NCBI GenBank assembly: GCA_963713045.1
Contig: CAVQKE010000003.1
Location: forward strand, 1,248,001 to 1,312,000
Source of the DNA: an uncultured delta proteobacterium
Lineage (GTDB): Bacteria; Myxococcota; Myxococcia; Myxococcales; Myxococcaceae
Reading direction: 5' to 3'
Length of the DNA: 64,000 nt
This document shows positions 18,710-28,728 of this stretch, piece after piece. Each line of letters begins with the position of its first letter. Position 1 is the stretch's first letter. The notes under the pieces are model-generated. The model ran no database searches and was not told the DNA's origin. It saw only the letters and a program-made list of their open reading frames with translations. The position numbers and the translations under genes are program-made.

Positions 18710-21265
18710 ATGACGACTCGGCCCGACGACAGGAACTTCCGGCTCCCCCGCGACGTCCTTCCCCGGCGGTACCAGGCGCACCTGGCGGTCGACTTTGCTG
18801 CCAAGTCCTTCCGTGGCTCACAGCAGGTGACGTTGGCGGTGACCAAAGCGGTCCGCCAATTCCCTCTGCATGCGCTCAGCCTGGAAGTCCTTCGGGCCCA
18901 AGTGCGGCTGGGGAAGAAAGTGTTGGCCGCCCGCGTCACTATCCAGCCGCTGAGCGAGACGGTGCTGCTGGACTTCGACGGCGAACTTCCCGTCGGCGAG
19001 GCGACGCTGCACGTCGAGTGGACCGGCCATTTCTCGGACGGCCTGCGGGGCCTGTACCTCGCCGGAGAGGTCGCCGCCACCCAGTTCGAGGCGGCGGATG
19101 CCCGGCGCGTCTTCCCGTGCTTCGATGAACCTTCTTTCAAGGCCCGTTGGGCGCTCAGCGTCGAAGTCCCTTCTGGCCTCACCGTGCTGTCCAATGGCGC
19201 AGAAGTGGAACGCCGGACGAGCGGCGAGGGACGGGACTGGCTGCGGTTTGCCGAGACGGAGCTTCTGCCCAGCTACCTGGTGGCGCTGGTTGCCGGCCCG
19301 CTGGTCAGCAGTCCGCCAGACGTGGTGAATGCCGTCCCGGTACGCACCTGGGCACTGGCGGAAAAGGCACACCTCGCCCACTTTGGCCAAACGGCGGCGC
19401 TCGCCGCGCTGCCGCGGCTGCAGGCCTACTTTGGGCTTCCCTACGCCTTCGGAAAGCTCGACCAGGTGGCCATTCCGGACTTTGAGGCCGGGGCGATGGA
19501 GAACGCCGGCCTCATCACCTACCGCGAGCTGGCGCTCTTGGTGGACCCTCTCACCGCCCCCCTGTCGGTGCAGAAGCGCGTCGCCGAAGTCGTCACCCAC
19601 GAATTGGCCCACCAGTGGTTCGGCAACTGGGTCACCATGGTGTGGTGGGACGACTTGTGGCTCAACGAGGCCTTCGCGACGTGGATGGCCTACAAAATGG
19701 TGCACGCCTGGAAGCCCGACTGGCGGGTGTGGCTCGACTTTGACGCCGGGAAAAGCGTTGCCCTTCATCTCGACGCGCTGCGTTCCACCCACCCCATCCG
19801 CGGGACGGTGCACAACGCGGGTGAAGCAGGCGAGGCCTTCGACGCCATCACCTATGAGAAGGGTGGCGCGGTGCTGAGGATGATTGAGGGCTTCCTCGGC
19901 GAGGAGCCCTTCCGCGCGGGCATCCAGGCATACATGCGGAAGTACGCCCGGGGAAACGCCGGCGCCGATGACCTCTGGGGAGCCCTGGCCGAGGCCTCGA
20001 GTCAGCCGGTGCTGGAAGTGGCCAACGCCTGGATTCGGCAGCCCGGCTATCCCGTCGTCAGCGTCTCTCTGTCGGGGAGCCGACTCCTCCTCGCCCAGTC
20101 GCGCTTCTTCTCGGACCCTTCGGCCACCGGTGAGGAGCGCTGGCCGGTGCCGCTCGTCCTGCGCTGGGCGGATGACGCCGGCGAGCACGAGACGCGCATC
20201 CTCATGGGGGACTGGACGCACACCAGCGACCTCAGCCTGTCCGGTCGGTTGCATTGGCTGTGCGCCAACGCCGGTTCCACCGGCTTCTACCGCGTGGCCT
20301 ATGACGCCCCCTCGCTGCTGGCCCTCCGCAGCCATTTGTCAGCGCTGGCCCCAGCCGAGCGGATTGGGCTGGTGGCGGACCAGTGGGCCCTGGTCCGGGC
20401 CGGCCGTGCGCGCATCGGCGACTTCCTGGACCTCGCCCTGGGCTTTGCCGGTGAGCAGGACGACGCCGTCCTCGACGAATTGGTCGGCAAACTCGGCTAC
20501 GTCGACGCCCGGCTGTTGGACGCGGAGGGCACGGCACGCTTCCGGCGCGTGGTGGACGCCCTCTTTGGTCCCGCCTTTGCCCGGATGGGCTGGGAGCCCC
20601 GCCCCGGCGAAAGCGACTTGGACCGCCTTCGGCGCGCTTCGCTGCTGCGCGGCGTGGGGGGCCTGGCGCGCAGTCCGGCCGTCATCGCCGAGGCCAGTGC
20701 GCGCGTCGCCCGCATGCTGGACCACGGCCGGGACGCGTTGGAGGCGAACCTGTTGGACGGCGGCGTGGCCATTGCCGCGCGTGCCGGAAATGCCTCTCTC
20801 TTCGACAAGCTGAAAGCCGGCTTTCCGAACGAGCCAGACCCGGCCACCAAGAGGCGCTACATGATGGCCCTGACGGCCTTTGAGGACCCGGCCCTCGCCG
20901 CCCAAGCCCGAAGCCTGCTCCTGGAAGGCGGAGTGCCGATGCAGGACGTGGCCGGCTACGTCCATGGACTGTTGGCCAACCGCGAGGCGCGCGACGCCAG
21001 TTGGCGGCTGTTGCAGGAGCGCTGGACGGACGTCCTCGAACGCACCGGCGGCGCGCCGATGCTGGTCCGCCGCGTCGTCGAAGCCCTCGGGAACCTCCAG
21101 ACCCGCGCTCAACTCGAGGAGGTGCGCGCCTTCCTCGCCGAGCACCCGGTGCCAGAGGCCCAGCAGGCGGTGGCGCAAACCTTGGAGCGGTTGACTCAGG
21201 ACGTCGCGCTGCGCGAGCGGCTGGTGTCCGAGGTGGCGGCTTGGCTGAAGGCCAAGGGAAGCTAG
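18710..21265 (+). CDS. M1 family aminopeptidase (PepN/puromycin-sensitive type)
   Basis: TQFEAADARRVFPCFDEP, GAMEN, HELAH-x18-E, YEKG, ERAP1-like C-terminus. Confidence 0.93.
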   Translation: MTTRPDDRNFRLPRDVLPRRYQAHLAVDFAAKSFRGSQQVTLAVTKAVRQFPLHALSLEVLRAQVRLGKKVLAARVTIQPLSETVLLDFDGELPVGEATLHVEWTGHFSDGLRGLYLAGEVAATQFEAADARRVFPCFDEPSFKARWALSVEVPSGLTVLSNGAEVERRTSGEGRDWLRFAETELLPSYLVALVAGPLVSSPPDVVNAVPVRTWALAEKAHLAHFGQTAALAALPRLQAYFGLPYAFGKLDQVAIPDFEAGAMENAGLITYRELALLVDPLTAPLSVQKRVAEVVTHELAHQWFGNWVTMVWWDDLWLNEAFATWMAYKMVHAWKPDWRVWLDFDAGKSVALHLDALRSTHPIRGTVHNAGEAGEAFDAITYEKGGAVLRMIEGFLGEEPFRAGIQAYMRKYARGNAGADDLWGALAEASSQPVLEVANAWIRQPGYPVVSVSLSGSRLLLAQSRFFSDPSATGEERWPVPLVLRWADDAGEHETRILMGDWTHTSDLSLSGRLHWLCANAGSTGFYRVAYDAPSLLALRSHLSALAPAERIGLVADQWALVRAGRARIGDFLDLALGFAGEQDDAVLDELVGKLGYVDARLLDAEGTARFRRVVDALFGPAFARMGWEPRPGESDLDRLRRASLLRGVGGLARSPAVIAEASARVARMLDHGRDALEANLLDGGVAIAARAGNASLFDKLKAGFPNEPDPATKRRYMMALTAFEDPALAAQARSLLLEGGVPMQDVAGYVHGLLANREARDASWRLLQERWTDVLERTGGAPMLVRRVVEALGNLQTRAQLEEVRAFLAEHPVPEAQQAVAQTLERLTQDVALRERLVSEVAAWLKAKGS

Positions 21266-21287
21266 CGCGCGGGCGCCGTGCCGGCCG

Positions 21288-22577
21288 TCACCTTGAGGGC
21301 CGTGCGTCGCGCGCCGCCTGCGCCGCCCGGGTAAGCGCCTCGAGAAAGCGCCCTCCCAAGAGTTGTCGCTGGGCCTCGCCCTCGTCGCGCTCGAGGTGCT
21401 GCGGGGTCTCGACGTAGCCAAAATACCCGTTGACCAGGCTCACGACGCGGCGCGCGCCGGCCGCCTCCTCCAACACCCGGCCCGCTGCTCCTGACGGCTC
21501 GGCCGGCACGCCAAGCAGGACGAGGGGTCCAAACCACAGCAGCTCCACCGCTGCCCCCGACGGCGCCGCAGCGCATAGCACGTTGTCGGCGAGCGGCCGA
21601 AACCGCCGCGGCACCAGTCTCTGGGCATCGGGCCCGGGAAGGTCCACGGCGACGCGGGCCACACCGAGGCCAGCGGGCACGTTCACCAGCGCCAGCGCGT
21701 CCGAGGCCGAGGCCAGCGTCTGGACGAAGCCGGTGAGGCGCTGGGGGTTGTCCCACTGGGGGGCGGGCGAGACGTTTCCCACCGCACCCTGCAGCACCAG
21801 CGTCACGCCGTGGCCGCGGGCCTCCTCGGCCTCCGCCAGCCGGCCGGGCCAGTCCGGGTCCAGACCGCCGGGCGGCCGCGCCACCAGCGTCGGGTGGCAG
21901 GCGAAGACAAGCAGCTGGGCCACCGGCTTGGCCTCGCCCTCGAAGACGAGGCGAGACAGACGTGCGTCCACGTCCTGGGGCGCTTCCCGTGCGCCCACCA
22001 ACTCCGGGAGGGACGTCTCGCCGAAGCGCAGCGAGACCGGGCGCCGCGCCTGGTACGCGTCGCGGAGGGCCGCTGCCGCCGCGGCCACCACCGCCTCGCG
22101 CGTCCGGCGGTGCAGCAGCCCGGTGCCGGCCACCTGGACGAGGAGGTTGCTGGCGTAGCCGCCCGGGCCGGAGTGGGTGTGCGTCACCGCCACCCACAAC
22201 TCCGTCAGCCCGAGGCCAGTGGTGGCTTGGCGGATGGCCGTCTCCAAGCCCGCGTCCCCCACCAGGACATCCAAGGTCACCAGGCCGACCCGCACCTGGC
22301 CAGCCTCCACCACCAAGGCCGAGGCGCGGACGGGGAAGGCGACGGCCGAAGTGTTGGCGCGCGGGATGCCGTAGCCCGCCACCGCCGTGGGCAGCGGTAC
22401 GCCGAGAGGCTGGCTCGCCGCCCCGGCCAACAGCGCGCCCTCGGCGTGGGCCAAAAGCTGCACCTGCGGGGGCCGGGCCGGCCGTCCCGCGCAGACGTCC
22501 CACAGTCCGGCGAGGAGACACAGTCCAGCGAGGAGAAGCGCGCCGAGGAGGAGGGCGGCGCGCCGCAAAGGCCTCAC
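21288..22577 (-). CDS. Neutral/alkaline ceramidase N-terminal-domain-like hydrolase, exported or anchored
   Basis: N-terminal hydrophobic segment, [34 protein letters not shown] overlaps the SDR stop. Confidence 0.7.
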   Translation of the reverse strand: MRPLRRAALLLGALLLAGLCLLAGLWDVCAGRPARPPQVQLLAHAEGALLAGAASQPLGVPLPTAVAGYGIPRANTSAVAFPVRASALVVEAGQVRVGLVTLDVLVGDAGLETAIRQATTGLGLTELWVAVTHTHSGPGGYASNLLVQVAGTGLLHRRTREAVVAAAAAALRDAYQARRPVSLRFGETSLPELVGAREAPQDVDARLSRLVFEGEAKPVAQLLVFACHPTLVARPPGGLDPDWPGRLAEAEEARGHGVTLVLQGAVGNVSPAPQWDNPQRLTGFVQTLASASDALALVNVPAGLGVARVAVDLPGPDAQRLVPRRFRPLADNVLCAAAPSGAAVELLWFGPLVLLGVPAEPSGAAGRVLEEAAGARRVVSLVNGYFGYVETPQHLERDEGEAQRQLLGGRFLEALTRAAQAARDARPSR

Positions 22578-23440
22578 GCCGTTGCGTTCCGGACGGTGAT
22601 GAGTTGCTCGCTCGCCTCCCACAGCTTGCGGGCCGCCTCACCGTCGCGTGCCGCTGGGCTGGGCCGCACCTCACGGGACTTGGTGAAATACTTCCCGCTG
22701 ACGCCTTCCACCTCGGGGGAGGTGGCCAGGTAGACCAGCGTCCGGGCGCCTTTCTGCGGACTGAGAAGGAACGGGGCGGCGAGCTTCACCAGGGTTTGAA
22801 AGAGGCCCGGGGTGTTGCTTCCGAAGCCGGTGGCCACCACGCCGGGGTGCAGGGCGTTGACGGTGACGCCCGTCCCGGCCAGGCGCCGGGCCAGCTCCTC
22901 GGTGAAGAGAATGTTCATCAGCTTGGACTGCCCGTACACCCGGAGGCCCGAGTAGCGCTTCCGGTTCTGCAAGTCGTCGAAGTCGAGGCGCATTCCGCGG
23001 TGGGCGTCCGAGGCGACATTCACCACCCGCGACGGGGCGCTGGCCTTGAGGAGGTCCAACAACTCCCGCGTCAGCAGGAAGTAGGCCAGGTGGTTCAGGG
23101 CCAGCGTCTTCTCAAGGCCCTCGGCCGTCTCCTCACGCCGGGTGAAGATGGCGCCGGCGTTGTTGACCAGCACGTCCAACCGCGGGTAGCGCTTTTTGAC
23201 GTCGGCTGCCAGGCGACGCACCTCGCTGCGCAACGAGAGGTCGGCCACCAGCCCTTCCACCTGGGCATTTCCGGAGGCCGCCCGGACGGCTGCCACCGTC
23301 GCCTCGACGCGCGCTTTGTCCCTGCCAACCAGCGCCAGCGTCAGCCCCTTTCGGGCGAGTGCATCCGCGGCGGCCCGGCCAATCCCGCGGGTGGCGCCGG
23401 TGAGCAGGCACACCTTTCCGCCAAAGTCGCCAGCTTGCAT
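22574..23440 (-). CDS. Short-chain dehydrogenase/reductase (retinol dehydrogenase-like)
   Basis: [27 protein letters not shown]. Confidence 0.92.
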   Translation of the reverse strand: MQAGDFGGKVCLLTGATRGIGRAAADALARKGLTLALVGRDKARVEATVAAVRAASGNAQVEGLVADLSLRSEVRRLAADVKKRYPRLDVLVNNAGAIFTRREETAEGLEKTLALNHLAYFLLTRELLDLLKASAPSRVVNVASDAHRGMRLDFDDLQNRKRYSGLRVYGQSKLMNILFTEELARRLAGTGVTVNALHPGVVATGFGSNTPGLFQTLVKLAAPFLLSPQKGARTLVYLATSPEVEGVSGKYFTKSREVRPSPAARDGEAARKLWEASEQLITVRNATA

Positions 23441-23545
23441 CCACCCAACCCTACACCACTCGCAGCCTCCGGCCGGAAGCTCCTCGTCGCGCTTGGGCGG
23501 CCAAGCCGTGCAGGCGACAGCCGAGCGGTGTATGTCCCCTTTGCC

Positions 23546-24931
23546 ATGTGCGGCATCTTCGGCATCTTTGGGAACTCCGAGGCCTCCAACCTCACCTACC
23601 TAGGCCTGCACGCCCTGCAGCACCGCGGGCAGGAGTCGGCCGGCATCGTCAGCGCCGACGGGCGGACCTTCCACGTCCGGCGGGAGATGGGCCTCGTCCA
23701 GGACATTTTCGGTGCCCGTCACCTGGAAGCACTCGCTGGACGCGCGGCCATCGGCCACGTGCGCTATTCGACGTCCGGCGTCAGCCAGCACAAGAATGCT
23801 CAGCCGCTGACGGTCGAGTACTCCCTCGGCAAGCTGGCAGTGGCCCACAACGGCAACCTCACCAACGCCCCCCAGCTGCGGGCGGAGCTGGAGCAACAAG
23901 GCGCCATTTTCAGCGGAGACTCAGACACCGAAGTCATCATCCACCTTATGGCGCGCAGCCGGGCGCCGACACTGGCCAAGCAAATGGTGGAGGCCCTGGC
24001 CAAGGTGCAGGGCAGCTACTCGCTCCTCTTTCTCACGCCGACGGCCATCGTCGCGGTGCGGGACCCTCGGGGCTTCCGACCGCTGGTGTTGGGGAAGCTG
24101 CGCGACGCCACCGTCTTCGCTTCGGAGACGACTGCGCTTGACCTGGTGGGGGCAACGCTGTCGCGCGAAGTTGAGCCCGGGGAAATGGTGGTGGTGGACG
24201 ACATGGGGACGCGCTCTTCGCGGCCTTTCCCAGCCGAGCGCCCGACCCGGTGCGCCTTCGAGCACGTTTACTTCGCCAAGCCGGATTCGGAGCTGTTCGG
24301 CGCCTCCGTCTACATGACGCGCCAGCGCCTGGGGATGCAGCTGGCGCTGGAGCAGCCGGCGTCCGCCGACTTGGTCATCGGAGTCCCCGACTCTGGGGTT
24401 CCGGCTGCCATCGGCTACTCCAAAGCCTCGGGCATTCCCTACGACGTGGGTCTCATTCGCAGCCACTACGTCGGCCGGACCTTCATCGAGCCGCAGCAGT
24501 CGATTCGCCACTTCGGGGTGAAGCTGAAGCTGGCGGCGGTGCGCGAAGTCCTCAAGGGCAAGCGCGTGGTGGTGGTGGACGACTCCATCGTCCGGGGCAC
24601 CACCTCTCGCAAGATTGTGGCGATGATTAAGGCCGCTGGCGCCTCGGAAGTGCACCTGCGCATCTCCAGCCCCCCCACCCGCTGGCCCTGCTACTACGGC
24701 ATCGACACCCCTCGGCGCGCAGAGCTCATCGCTGCCACCCAACCGGTGGAGGAGATTGCGCGTTTCGTGACGGCGGACTCGCTGGGCTACCTCAGCGTGG
24801 AGGGCCTGGGAACGGCCCTCGGCGACCCAGAGTCCAAGACGTTTTGCATGGCGTGCTTCACTGGAAAATACCCAACGCCCATCCGCAACGTTGAAGACGA
24901 AGCTCCCGCGCGAAGCGCGGCGCGGGGCTAG
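23546..24931 (+). CDS. purF: Amidophosphoribosyltransferase
   Basis: MCGIFG catalytic Cys2, [36 protein letters not shown]. Confidence 0.97.
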   Translation: MCGIFGIFGNSEASNLTYLGLHALQHRGQESAGIVSADGRTFHVRREMGLVQDIFGARHLEALAGRAAIGHVRYSTSGVSQHKNAQPLTVEYSLGKLAVAHNGNLTNAPQLRAELEQQGAIFSGDSDTEVIIHLMARSRAPTLAKQMVEALAKVQGSYSLLFLTPTAIVAVRDPRGFRPLVLGKLRDATVFASETTALDLVGATLSREVEPGEMVVVDDMGTRSSRPFPAERPTRCAFEHVYFAKPDSELFGASVYMTRQRLGMQLALEQPASADLVIGVPDSGVPAAIGYSKASGIPYDVGLIRSHYVGRTFIEPQQSIRHFGVKLKLAAVREVLKGKRVVVVDDSIVRGTTSRKIVAMIKAAGASEVHLRISSPPTRWPCYYGIDTPRRAELIAATQPVEEIARFVTADSLGYLSVEGLGTALGDPESKTFCMACFTGKYPTPIRNVEDEAPARSAARG

Positions 24932-25000
24932 CCTCTGAGATGGGCCAAGGCCAAGGCCGTTCCCGAGCGGGTTGGCGCCCACGCTGTCGCTGACCGCCGC

Positions 25001-26584
25001 TTGGCGCGCCGTGTCCTGGTGGGCCTGGGGTTGCTCGCCCTCTTGGCGTTGCTGGTGCCGCTGCTCGGCTACCGGACAGACGTGGCCGAGGCTCACCGGC
25101 TGCTTCACGCGCGGGTGAGTCGCGAGGCCGCGGTCTATGCCGATGCGCTCGACACGCACGTGCGGGCCCTGGAGGCCGAGCTGCAACGGCTGGCCTCTCG
25201 GCCGCAAGTGGACTTGCGCGACGAAACCACGGCCCCCGAGCAGGAGCTGCTGGACTTTGCGCACCACAATTCCGCCTTCTTCGCCGGAGTGGCGGTGCTG
25301 GATGACAAGGGGCTCCCGGTGTGGAGCGAGCCGAAGGACGTCCTTCCGGCCATCTCCATGGAGCAGCGGCGCTGGTTTCAGCAGATGCTGTTGCGCCAGG
25401 CTCCGGCCATGGATGCGCTGGAGCCGGGGGGCCGGACCTTCGTGGTGGCAGTCCCGGTGATGCGTGGAAACGAAATTACCGGCGCGGTGGTGGGGTTGGT
25501 GGACGCGACCCGGCACGTGCTGCCCGGCGGCCGGACGGTCAGCGAGAACCTCGAGCTGGTGGTGGCCGACAGAAATGGTGACGTGCTGGCACCGGCCGTG
25601 CCACCGGAATGGGTGCGCGCGGAGTTTTTCCCGGAACGCCTCAACCAGCTGCTTGACGAGGGGTCGGGAGAGACGGTGTCACTCTCCGGTGCCCCGCAAT
25701 TTGCGGTGGCGACGCTGGTTGGAAAAACCGGCCTTCGACTGCTGCTGGTGGCTGACGAGAAAGCCATGCTGGCGCCGGTCCGTCAGCGCTTTCTCGCCCA
25801 GCTGCTGCTGGCGCTGGTGCTTCAGGGACTGACGGTGCTGCTGTTCACCCTTTTTCTCCGCCAGAGCTACCGCAGCTGGCGAGAAATGGAGACGCGCGCC
25901 AGCCAGCAGGAGAAAATGGCCGCTTTGGGGACAGCCTCCTCCCTCATCGCGCACGAGGTGAAGAATTCCCTCAATGGATTGAAGGTGGCCACCTCGCTTC
26001 TCGGCGACACCGACAACGCCGGGCTCGCCACGCGCAGCATTCGTGGGCAGATTGACCGGCTCGGCCACCTCGCCCAGTCGCTGCTGTCCTTTGGCCGTCC
26101 GGCCCAGCCGCAGCTCGCCGAGGCCGGCTTGGCGGAACTGGTCCAGGATGCGCTGGACGGAGTGCGCGCCCTTCCAGAAGCGGACGAGGTCACCGTGGAG
26201 ACGGTGCTTCAGACGCCGCTGCGTGTCCACTGCGACCCGCTGCTGCTGGCGACCGCGCTGGACAACCTGTTGCGCAATGCCATCGAGGCCGTGGTGGCAG
26301 CCAAGGACCTCGGACACCAGCCTTGTCCCCGCGTCCGTGTCGAGGCCTGCTCTCGGGGCGACTCGGCCTGGGTGGTGGTGGAGGACAATGCCGGCGGCCC
26401 GCCGGTTGGCTTCGAGGGGCAGCTCTTCCAACCCTTCGTCACCAGCAAGCCCAAGGGAATTGGCCTTGGACTGTCCATGGCCCGCCAGGCGGTGGAACGG
26501 CAGGGAGGACACTTGGGCTTCGAGCGCACCGAGCGGGGTAGCCGCTTCACCGTCCAGCTGCAGCAGGTGAAGGCGGTGGCATGA
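25001..26584 (+). CDS. Membrane sensor histidine kinase (Cache-like periplasmic domain)
   Basis: Two TMs, AHEVKNSL H-box, NLLRNAIEA, FQPFVTSK, GIGLGL; start uncertain. Confidence 0.88.
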   Translation: MARRVLVGLGLLALLALLVPLLGYRTDVAEAHRLLHARVSREAAVYADALDTHVRALEAELQRLASRPQVDLRDETTAPEQELLDFAHHNSAFFAGVAVLDDKGLPVWSEPKDVLPAISMEQRRWFQQMLLRQAPAMDALEPGGRTFVVAVPVMRGNEITGAVVGLVDATRHVLPGGRTVSENLELVVADRNGDVLAPAVPPEWVRAEFFPERLNQLLDEGSGETVSLSGAPQFAVATLVGKTGLRLLLVADEKAMLAPVRQRFLAQLLLALVLQGLTVLLFTLFLRQSYRSWREMETRASQQEKMAALGTASSLIAHEVKNSLNGLKVATSLLGDTDNAGLATRSIRGQIDRLGHLAQSLLSFGRPAQPQLAEAGLAELVQDALDGVRALPEADEVTVETVLQTPLRVHCDPLLLATALDNLLRNAIEAVVAAKDLGHQPCPRVRVEACSRGDSAWVVVEDNAGGPPVGFEGQLFQPFVTSKPKGIGLGLSMARQAVERQGGHLGFERTERGSRFTVQLQQVKAVA

Positions 26585-27927
26585 AGCGTTCGGTGCTGGT
26601 GGTGGACGACGACCGGTCGTTTTCCTTGCTGGCGCAGGCCGCGCTGGCCCGAGAGGGCTGGCCGGTCCGTCTGGCCCGCAGTCTCCACGAGGCGCGCCTG
26701 GCGCTGGAGGCCGAGGCGCCAGACGTGGTGGTGCTGGACCGTCGACTGCCCGATGGAGACGGGCTGGACTTTCTCAGCACGCTGCTTGCGCTGCTTCCGG
26801 ACGTCCCGGTGGTGATGGTCACCGCCCATGGCGACATCCAGAGTGCGGTGGACGCCATCCGCGCCGGCGCCGCGGACTACATGGCCAAGCCGGTGGAGCT
26901 CGCGGACTTGGTGCTGCGGGTGCGGCGTGCCTTCGGCGAGCAGAACCTGCGCGAGCGGCTGTCTCGGGCGGAAGCCGAGCTGTCCGGACGCCGCAAGTTG
27001 GTGACTCCGCGCTCGGCTGCCATGCGTCGGCTGCTGTCCGCGCTCGAGCGCATCGCCACCACGCCCAGAAGCCCGGTGCTGCTGCTTGGTCCGACCGGCT
27101 CAGGGAAGGAGCTTTTGGCCCGGCACCTACACGCCCTTTCTCACGCCAGCCAGGCCCCCTTTGTCCACGTCAACTGCGCGGCGTTGCCGGAAAGCGTCGT
27201 CGAGAGTGAACTCTTCGGGCACGAGAAGGGTGCCTTCACCGACGCCCGCGCCTCCCGCCGCGGGCTGGTGGAAGCGGCCAACGGCGGCACCCTCTTTCTC
27301 GACGAAGTGGGGGAGCTCCCGCTCGGACTTCAGGCCAAGCTGCTCACCTTTCTCGACTCCGGAAACTACCGCCGCGTCGGCAGCAGCTCCGAGGAGACGA
27401 GCCTGGCGCGGGTGGTGGCCGCCACCAACCGCGACCTGCAGGAGGAAATTCGGGCCGGGCGCTTTCGGGAAGACGTGTGGTTTCGCCTCAGCGTCTTTGC
27501 ACTTGAGGTGCCCCCCCTTCGCGAGCGCCCGGAAGACATCCTTCCCATGGCCGAAGCGCTGCTGAGCGAATTGTCCGCCGAACTCGGTCGCAAGGGGGCT
27601 GTCCTCGGGGCGCTGGCGCGGGAGCGCATCCAGCGCTACCCCTTCCCAGGCAACGTCCGCGAGCTGCGCAACGTGCTGGAACGGGCGATGGTGCTCGAGG
27701 CAGGCCCCGAGCTGGAGCTGCCAGTCCTCGACGGCCGCCCCGAGCCCGTGCCCGGCGTCCCAGACGCAAGCGCCCCCTTTCTCATCCCAGGCGCCCCGAT
27801 TGCCATGGAAGAGATTGAACGCCGCTACGCGCGGCACGTGCTGGAGCAGCTGGGGGGCCGGCGCGTGGAGGCAGCCAAGGCCCTCGGCCTTTCCTACCCC
27901 ACCTTCCTGAAGCGGATTGAGGACTAG
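26581..27927 (+). CDS. Sigma-54-dependent response regulator (NtrC family)
   Basis: REC domain, GPTGSGKE, ESELFGHEKGAFTDA, LFLDEVGE, PGNVREL, Fis-type HTH; ATGA overlap with the kinase. Confidence 0.93.
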   Translation: MKRSVLVVDDDRSFSLLAQAALAREGWPVRLARSLHEARLALEAEAPDVVVLDRRLPDGDGLDFLSTLLALLPDVPVVMVTAHGDIQSAVDAIRAGAADYMAKPVELADLVLRVRRAFGEQNLRERLSRAEAELSGRRKLVTPRSAAMRRLLSALERIATTPRSPVLLLGPTGSGKELLARHLHALSHASQAPFVHVNCAALPESVVESELFGHEKGAFTDARASRRGLVEAANGGTLFLDEVGELPLGLQAKLLTFLDSGNYRRVGSSSEETSLARVVAATNRDLQEEIRAGRFREDVWFRLSVFALEVPPLRERPEDILPMAEALLSELSAELGRKGAVLGALARERIQRYPFPGNVRELRNVLERAMVLEAGPELELPVLDGRPEPVPGVPDASAPFLIPGAPIAMEEIERRYARHVLEQLGGRRVEAAKALGLSYPTFLKRIED

Positions 27928-28092
27928 CGTCTTTTCCAAGCGGCGTGTCCCTCGCCGTGCACAGGCCTGCCCTCAGCCTTTCCACAGGCTCGTCACAAGC
28001 GTAGCGGCCTTTTGGGCGCAGGCGCCCACAACTTCTCCCCAGATTTTGAATTCTGTCGGCAACTTGTGCGGCGAGGCGGTGGCCCCCGGGTG

Positions 28093-28728
28093 CTAGCGGC
28101 TGGGGGGCTTCGCCGGCTCCTGCGCGGCCAAGTCCACCAGTCGCACCAGGGCCGCCACCGAGTCCACCTGCAGCTTGTACATGACCTGCTGTCGGTGCGC
28201 CTTCACGGTGGGCTCGCTCAGGCCGAGGTGGGCCGCCACTTGCTTGTTGAGGAGCCCCTGCGCCACCAAGTGGCACACCTGTCGCTCCCGTGGGGTCAGG
28301 CGGGCGAGCCGGGCGCGGGCGTCCGCCTGGCGTTGGCGCTGCTCTCGCGTCCGCTCGTCCTGGAGGAGAGCTCTCTCGATGGCGTCCAGCAGCTGGCCCT
28401 CATTCACCGGCTTGGTCAGGAAGTCGACGGCGCCGGCGCGCATCGCCTTCACCGAGTCTGAAATTTCGCCGGCGCCGGAAATGAAGACGACCGGCAGCTT
28501 CCGCGGCGAGCGCTCCAGGGCGTCCTGCAGTGCGAGGCCGTCCACTTCCGGCATCCTCAAGTCCACCAACGCGCACGCTGGCCCCCCGGCAGTTGCGGTG
28601 CGGAGAAACTCCTCGGCTGAGCCATAGGCCTCGGCCGCAATGCCGAGCGAGGCCAACTGGCGCACCAGCGAGGTACAGAAGGTTGGGTCGTCGTCGATGA
28701 CGAATACTTTGGCGCCTGGTGCAATCAC
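28093..28728 (-). CDS. FixJ/LuxR family response regulator
   Basis: IDDD, DLRMP, FLTKP, LTPRERQV...NKQVA..LGLSEPTVKAHR. Confidence 0.93.
   Translation of the reverse strand: MIAPGAKVFVIDDDPTFCTSLVRQLASLGIAAEAYGSAEEFLRTATAGGPACALVDLRMPEVDGLALQDALERSPRKLPVVFISGAGEISDSVKAMRAGAVDFLTKPVNEGQLLDAIERALLQDERTREQRQRQADARARLARLTPRERQVCHLVAQGLLNKQVAAHLGLSEPTVKAHRQQVMYKLQVDSVAALVRLVDLAAQEPAKPPSR

Noticed and set aside
21962..23545. Long N-terminal extension of the 989-aa purF ORF
   Set aside because: PurF needs Cys at position 2; the extension is antisense shadow of two real minus-strand genes
24929..25001. purF TAG is in frame with the downstream kinase (possible readthrough fusion)
   Set aside because: One-in-three chance; PurF ends at its normal position and the kinase begins with its own TM segment
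27220..27250. GAFTDA instead of GAFTGA in the sigma-54 activator
   Set aside because: A common natural variant; F and T are retained
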